Positions 60,088 through 64,000 of a stretch of DNA of 64,000 nt are shown here, piece by piece (position 1 is the first letter of the stretch; every line of letters begins with the position of its first letter). A model generated the notes under the pieces. The model did not search any database, was not told the DNA's origin, and saw only the letters and a list, made by a program, of their open reading frames with translations. The DNA comes from Alphaproteobacteria bacterium GM202ARS2 (GTDB lineage: Bacteria > Pseudomonadota > Alphaproteobacteria > GM7ARS4): positions 95,363 to 159,362 of the forward strand of contig JACONH010000012.1 in the NCBI GenBank assembly GCA_014323835.1. The letters are read 5' to 3'. The translations under genes were made by a program, and so were the position numbers.

Positions 60088-60306
60088 TTATTTATGCCGA
60101 AAGATGATTCGTCCTTTGGTTAAGTCGTAGGGGGTCATTTCTACTGTGACTCTATCGCCGGCGAAGACGCGGATGTGGTGTTTGCGCATTTTGCCAGCGG
60201 TGTGGGCGAGAATCTCGTGGCCATTGTCCAGTTTGACTTTGAACATGGCGTTGGGCAGTGTATCGAGAACGATACCAGAAAATTCTATCAGTTCTTCTTT
60301 CGGCAC
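60088..60306 (-). CDS. infA: translation initiation factor IF-1
   Basis: 72 aa, [70 protein letters not shown], near-identical to bacterial IF-1. Confidence 0.95.
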   Translation of the reverse strand: MPKEELIEFSGIVLDTLPNAMFKVKLDNGHEILAHTAGKMRKHHIRVFAGDRVTVEMTPYDLTKGRIIFRHK

Positions 60307-60317
60307 GTCAGTTTCAC

Positions 60318-61622
60318 CTATGGTTTGTTGTGGTTGATGCGGACGCTGAGGGAACGTGCGTGGGCATCGAGTCCTTCGGCTTGGGCTAAGGTTATCGCAT
60401 CGTCAGCCAATTGACGCAACTGCTTTTCGTTGCACTGCATATAGGTGTTGCGCACGAGGAAATCGTATACGCTCAAGCCTGAGGAAAAGCGGGCTGCTCG
60501 TGAGGTCGGCAACACGTGATTAGGGCCTCCGATGTAATCGCCGATGGCTTCGGGCGTGTGATGGCCTAAAAAGATAGCCCCGGCGTAGCGTATTGTCTTC
60601 ATAAAGGCTTCAGGCTTATTCATAGCGAGTTCAAGGTGTTCGGGGGCGAGCGCGTCCACGATAGGCGGGGCTTGTTTGTAGAGGTCATCCACGACAATGA
60701 GCGCGCCGTGGTTCTTCCAGCTGGCGGCGGCGATGTCTGCCCGCGGTAGACTCTTTAAGTATTCAGCCACCGCGACACTGACTTCAGCTGCTAGTTGCTC
60801 GTTATCGGTGATAAGGATACTTTGTGCGTCGGTGTCGTGTTCCGCTTGTGCCAGTAAATCGATGGCGAGCCAATCCGCCCGCGCGCTGGCATCGGCGACA
60901 ATCAGCACTTCGCTGGGGCCCGCTATCATATCGATGCCACAGCTGCCGAAGACGTGTTTTTTGGCGGCGGTCACGTAGGCGTTACCGGGGCCGACGATTT
61001 TGTCCACTTTGGCGATGGTGTTGGTGCCGTAGGCGAGGGCAGCGATAGCTTGTGCACCGCCCACTTGGTAGATTTCTTCGATGCCCAATAGGGCGGCGGT
61101 GGCAAGCACCAGCGGATTGATGGTGCCGTCAGGGGCGGGCACCACCATGACCAGTCGTTGCACGCCGGCCACTTGTGCGGGGACGGCATTCATAATAACC
61201 GAGCTGGGGTAGGCGGCGGTGCCGCCGGGCACGTATAAGCCAACGGAGTCGATGGCTTGCCAGCGCATCCCTAGCGTGATGCCGTGTTCGTCATGGTCGT
61301 GTTGGTCGTTGGGGCGTTGTTTCTCGTGGAAGGCACGCACTCGCTTCGCCGCGTGTTTCAGCGCGCCACGTTGTGATTCTGTGAGGGACTGCCATGCTTG
61401 CTGGCATGCTTCTTGTGGCACGGCTAGGGATTCGAGGGTTAAAGATACGTCATCCCATTTGTGCGTATAGTGCAGGAGGGCTTCGTCACCTTGGGCGCGC
61501 ACCGCGGCGATGACGTCTTGCACGACACCATCGACGTTGTGTTGTTGCTCGCGCCGCTCGGTCACGAGGGCGTGGACGGAATCGGCAAAGTTGGGGTCGT
61601 GGTGGTGCAGACGCTTCGTCAT
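60318..61622 (-). CDS. hisD: histidinol dehydrogenase
   Basis: Core motifs ...[25 protein letters not shown]...VMV.P....[25 protein letters not shown]......[28 protein letters not shown].....DLLAQAEH. Start set at the internal ATG (MTKRL...), giving an ATGA overlap with hisG. Confidence 0.85.
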   Translation of the reverse strand: MTKRLHHHDPNFADSVHALVTERREQQHNVDGVVQDVIAAVRAQGDEALLHYTHKWDDVSLTLESLAVPQEACQQAWQSLTESQRGALKHAAKRVRAFHEKQRPNDQHDHDEHGITLGMRWQAIDSVGLYVPGGTAAYPSSVIMNAVPAQVAGVQRLVMVVPAPDGTINPLVLATAALLGIEEIYQVGGAQAIAALAYGTNTIAKVDKIVGPGNAYVTAAKKHVFGSCGIDMIAGPSEVLIVADASARADWLAIDLLAQAEHDTDAQSILITDNEQLAAEVSVAVAEYLKSLPRADIAAASWKNHGALIVVDDLYKQAPPIVDALAPEHLELAMNKPEAFMKTIRYAGAIFLGHHTPEAIGDYIGGPNHVLPTSRAARFSSGLSVYDFLVRNTYMQCNEKQLRQLADDAITLAQAEGLDAHARSLSVRINHNKP

Positions 61623-62269
61623 GGTTTGGCTGCGGTGGTGGCTTTTTCGAACTGCGAGATAAGCGGGGCTATGGCTTGCGGCATCGTCTTCCAAGCGGCG
61701 CGGTTAATAATCAGGCGTGAGCTGACATCGGCAATTTTTTCGACTTCGGTCAGCCCGTTGTTTTTCAGGGTGCGTCCGGTGGATACGAGGTCAACGATAC
61801 GCTCGCATAAGCCAAGAGATGTTGCCAGTTCCACCGCGCCGTTGAGCTTGATGCACTCGACTTGCACGCCCCGTTGGACGAAGTGACGTTGGGTGAGACG
61901 GGGGTATTTTGTTGCGACTCGCACGTGACTCCAGTGAATCGGGTCATCGCTACGGGCGACGGTGTGGGGTTCAGCGACAACGATACGGCATCGTCCCACG
62001 TTCAGGTCGAGGGGCACGTAAATTTCGGGGTAGTCGAATTCCATCAGCACGTCCAAGCCGACAATGCCCAAGTGGGCAACGCCAAAGGCAACAAAAGTCG
62101 CCACATCGAAGGCGCGCACACGGATAATATCCACGTCTGGCATGTTGGTGGTGAAACGCAACTGACGAGAATTTTCGTCATAGAAGGCGTCCTCGGGATG
62201 AATGTTGGCTCGGGGGAGGAGCGACGTGATATCCTCTAAGATACGCCCTTTCGGCAGGGCAAGAATCAT
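61619..62269 (-). CDS. hisG: ATP phosphoribosyltransferase (short form)
   Basis: [18 protein letters not shown].....[69 protein letters not shown] matches short-form HisG. Start at the ATG (MILALPKGR) rather than the upstream GTG. Confidence 0.85.
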   Translation of the reverse strand: MILALPKGRILEDITSLLPRANIHPEDAFYDENSRQLRFTTNMPDVDIIRVRAFDVATFVAFGVAHLGIVGLDVLMEFDYPEIYVPLDLNVGRCRIVVAEPHTVARSDDPIHWSHVRVATKYPRLTQRHFVQRGVQVECIKLNGAVELATSLGLCERIVDLVSTGRTLKNNGLTEVEKIADVSSRLIINRAAWKTMPQAIAPLISQFEKATTAAKP

Positions 62270-62334
62270 TTTTTTCGATAAGGAAGGCACAGGCAGAGAA
62301 AAAACGTAAAGAATTAAAGATGGAAAAAGGAGCC

Positions 62335-63804
62335 TTACTTGGCAGGAGCGGGGCTCTTGTGGTGGACGGGGGGCACTTTCGTTTCGGTCTTGTGCGAGTC
62401 ACGTTGCTCGAGGGGAACAAAGGGGCGTTCTTTTTCGCCCAGATAGAGCTGACGGGGGCGATTAATTTTGTTGCTGGTATCTTCGGTCATTTCTTTCCAT
62501 TGGGCAATCCAGCCGACGGTGCGGGCAACGGCAAAAAACACAGTGAACATGGCGGTGGGAAAGCCTAAGGCACGCAGGAGAATACCGGAATAGAAATCAA
62601 CGTTGGGGAAGAGGTGACGCTCGATGAAGTAGCTGTCTTTGAGGGCGCGGGCTTCCAGTTCTTGCGCGAGCTCGAGGAGGGGGTCGGGTCGACCGCGGTT
62701 GCGTTCTTTTAGGACGTCCATGCAGATGTTACGGAGCACTTCGGCTCTGGGGTCGCGGTTTTTGTAGACTCGGTGACCGAAGCCCATGAGGCGGAAGGGG
62801 TCGTCTTTGTCTCGGGCTTTGGCGAGGAAGGTATCGATGTGTTCTTTGTTGCCGATTTCTTCTAGCATGGTGAGCACCGCTTCGTTGGCACCGCCGTGGG
62901 CTTTGCCCCACAGGGACGCTATGCCAGAGGCAATACAGGCAAAGGGATGTGCACCAGACGAACCCGCCAGACGCACTGTCGAGGTGGAGGCATTTTGCTC
63001 GTGGTCGGCATGCAGAATCAGCAGCTGATCCATGGCACGCACTTGGTTGTCGGATATTTTCCATGGCTCACAGGGAGTCGAGAACATCATATAGAGAAAA
63101 TTCTCGGCATAGCTGAGGTCGTTGCGGGGGTAGATGAAGGGTTGTCCGATGGCGTATTTGTATGCCATGGCGGCGATGGTGGGCATTTTAGCGAGCATAC
63201 GGCTGACTGCGACCCAGCGTCCGTCATCGGAGGAAAAGTCGTATTCTTTGTCGGTATAAAACGAGGCGATAGCACCGACAACACCGACCAAAATAGCCAT
63301 AGGGTGGGCGTCTCGGCGGAAGCCGCGGAAGAAGGAAATGACTTGCTCGTGCACCATGGTGTGATAGGTCAGGGCGCGTAGAAAGCGTTCTTTCTGGCGT
63401 TTGTTGGGTAATTCGCCAAACCACAGCAAGTAGCAGACTTCGGGGTAGTCGCTGTGGCGCGCCAGTTCCTCGATGCGGTAGCCGCGGTGCATCAGCAAGC
63501 CTTCATCGCCATCGATGAAGGTGAGGGCAGAGTGGCAGCTGGCGGTCGAGATATAGCCGGGGTCGTAGGTGAAGTAACCGCTATTCTTGTAGAGGTCGCC
63601 AATGTCGATGACGGGGGGGCCCTGTGTGCCGCGTAGCACGGGCAGAGACCATTCCTTGCCGCTGGTGTCGTCTCGGAGGGTCACGGAGGACGTGGCGTCC
63701 CGGGACGGACGCAAATGGGGCGGAAGGTGCAGCTGCTCGTTCGAATACGGCTCCGCACGGCGCATCGTGGAGAAAAGCTTGTGGCGTGTCTTGTAATCAG
63801 TCAT
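62335..63804 (-). CDS. gltA: citrate synthase
   Basis: Strong colinearity with type II citrate synthase ([76 protein letters not shown]). The first about 50 aa extend beyond the usual N-terminus, so the true start may be downstream. Confidence 0.9.
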   Translation of the reverse strand: MTDYKTRHKLFSTMRRAEPYSNEQLHLPPHLRPSRDATSSVTLRDDTSGKEWSLPVLRGTQGPPVIDIGDLYKNSGYFTYDPGYISTASCHSALTFIDGDEGLLMHRGYRIEELARHSDYPEVCYLLWFGELPNKRQKERFLRALTYHTMVHEQVISFFRGFRRDAHPMAILVGVVGAIASFYTDKEYDFSSDDGRWVAVSRMLAKMPTIAAMAYKYAIGQPFIYPRNDLSYAENFLYMMFSTPCEPWKISDNQVRAMDQLLILHADHEQNASTSTVRLAGSSGAHPFACIASGIASLWGKAHGGANEAVLTMLEEIGNKEHIDTFLAKARDKDDPFRLMGFGHRVYKNRDPRAEVLRNICMDVLKERNRGRPDPLLELAQELEARALKDSYFIERHLFPNVDFYSGILLRALGFPTAMFTVFFAVARTVGWIAQWKEMTEDTSNKINRPRQLYLGEKERPFVPLEQRDSHKTETKVPPVHHKSPAPAK

Positions 63805-63870
63805 GTCTCGGCTACTTTAGCAGGTCGGTTTCAGGTTTTCAATGCTGTCGTCCATCGCTTGCGACAGGTG

Positions 63871-64000
63871 GACGCTCCAAGAAGAGCCATCATCTCGAAC
63901 AGGGGCGGCGAAACAACATCACCGCTCAGGGCTGCCCGCAAAGGCTGAGCCAGCTGCTTCATCGGGATGTTGTTGTCCTCGGCATAGTGCCGTAGGCTCT
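63871..64000 (-). CDS. gltX: glutamate--tRNA ligase, C-terminal fragment (the 5' part lies beyond the window end)
   Basis: Minus-strand translation ending at the TGA (63871..63873) gives ...HYAEDNNIPMKQLAQPLRAALSGDVVSPPLFEMMALLGASTCRKRWTTALKT*, resembling the GltX C-terminal tail (...LFQPLRVALTG...P.L.E.L.LLGKE..L.RL). Only 43 codons are visible. Confidence 0.5.

Overview
This 64-kb window has GC-rich, alphaproteobacterial-looking housekeeping backbone (inferred from gene content and order). Genes: a thiolase fragment, etfB-etfA, a PduO-type cobalamin adenosyltransferase, an aquaporin, gph, yqgE, purB, and an isc cluster running cysE, a NifS-like gene, iscS, iscU, iscA, hscB, hscA, fdx, iscX. 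After that come speE, dapF, mtaB, polA, maf, infA, hisD, hisG, gltA and a gltX fragment, plus tRNA-Arg(ACG) and tRNA-Phe(GAA). About 29 kb in the middle (9051..38654) is filled by two adjacent giant '+'-strand genes (5935 aa + 577 aa fragment, and 3381 aa). They encode lipoprotein-signal surface proteins built from repeated degenerate subtilase(S8)-like modules separated by cysteine-rich repeat arrays, and each ends in an autotransporter-like beta-domain (...FRREF). The first giant gene is split by a perfect 49-bp tandem duplication (26804..26901) that shifts the frame. Without it the gene would be one ORF of about 6465 aa. Two AT-rich patches stand out against the backbone. One is a 4-ORF cassette (38658..40556) with an HExxH protein and a retropepsin-like aspartic protease. 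The other is a translationally coupled pair (48800..50337) of an ABC/AAA_21-like ATPase and a small PD-(D/E)xK-like protein fused to the tail of the isc operon. That pair is the best candidate for an uncharacterised defence-type system. There is also a tandem array of roughly 100-bp repeats carrying a 16-bp palindrome between infA and maf. I found no transposase or integrase.
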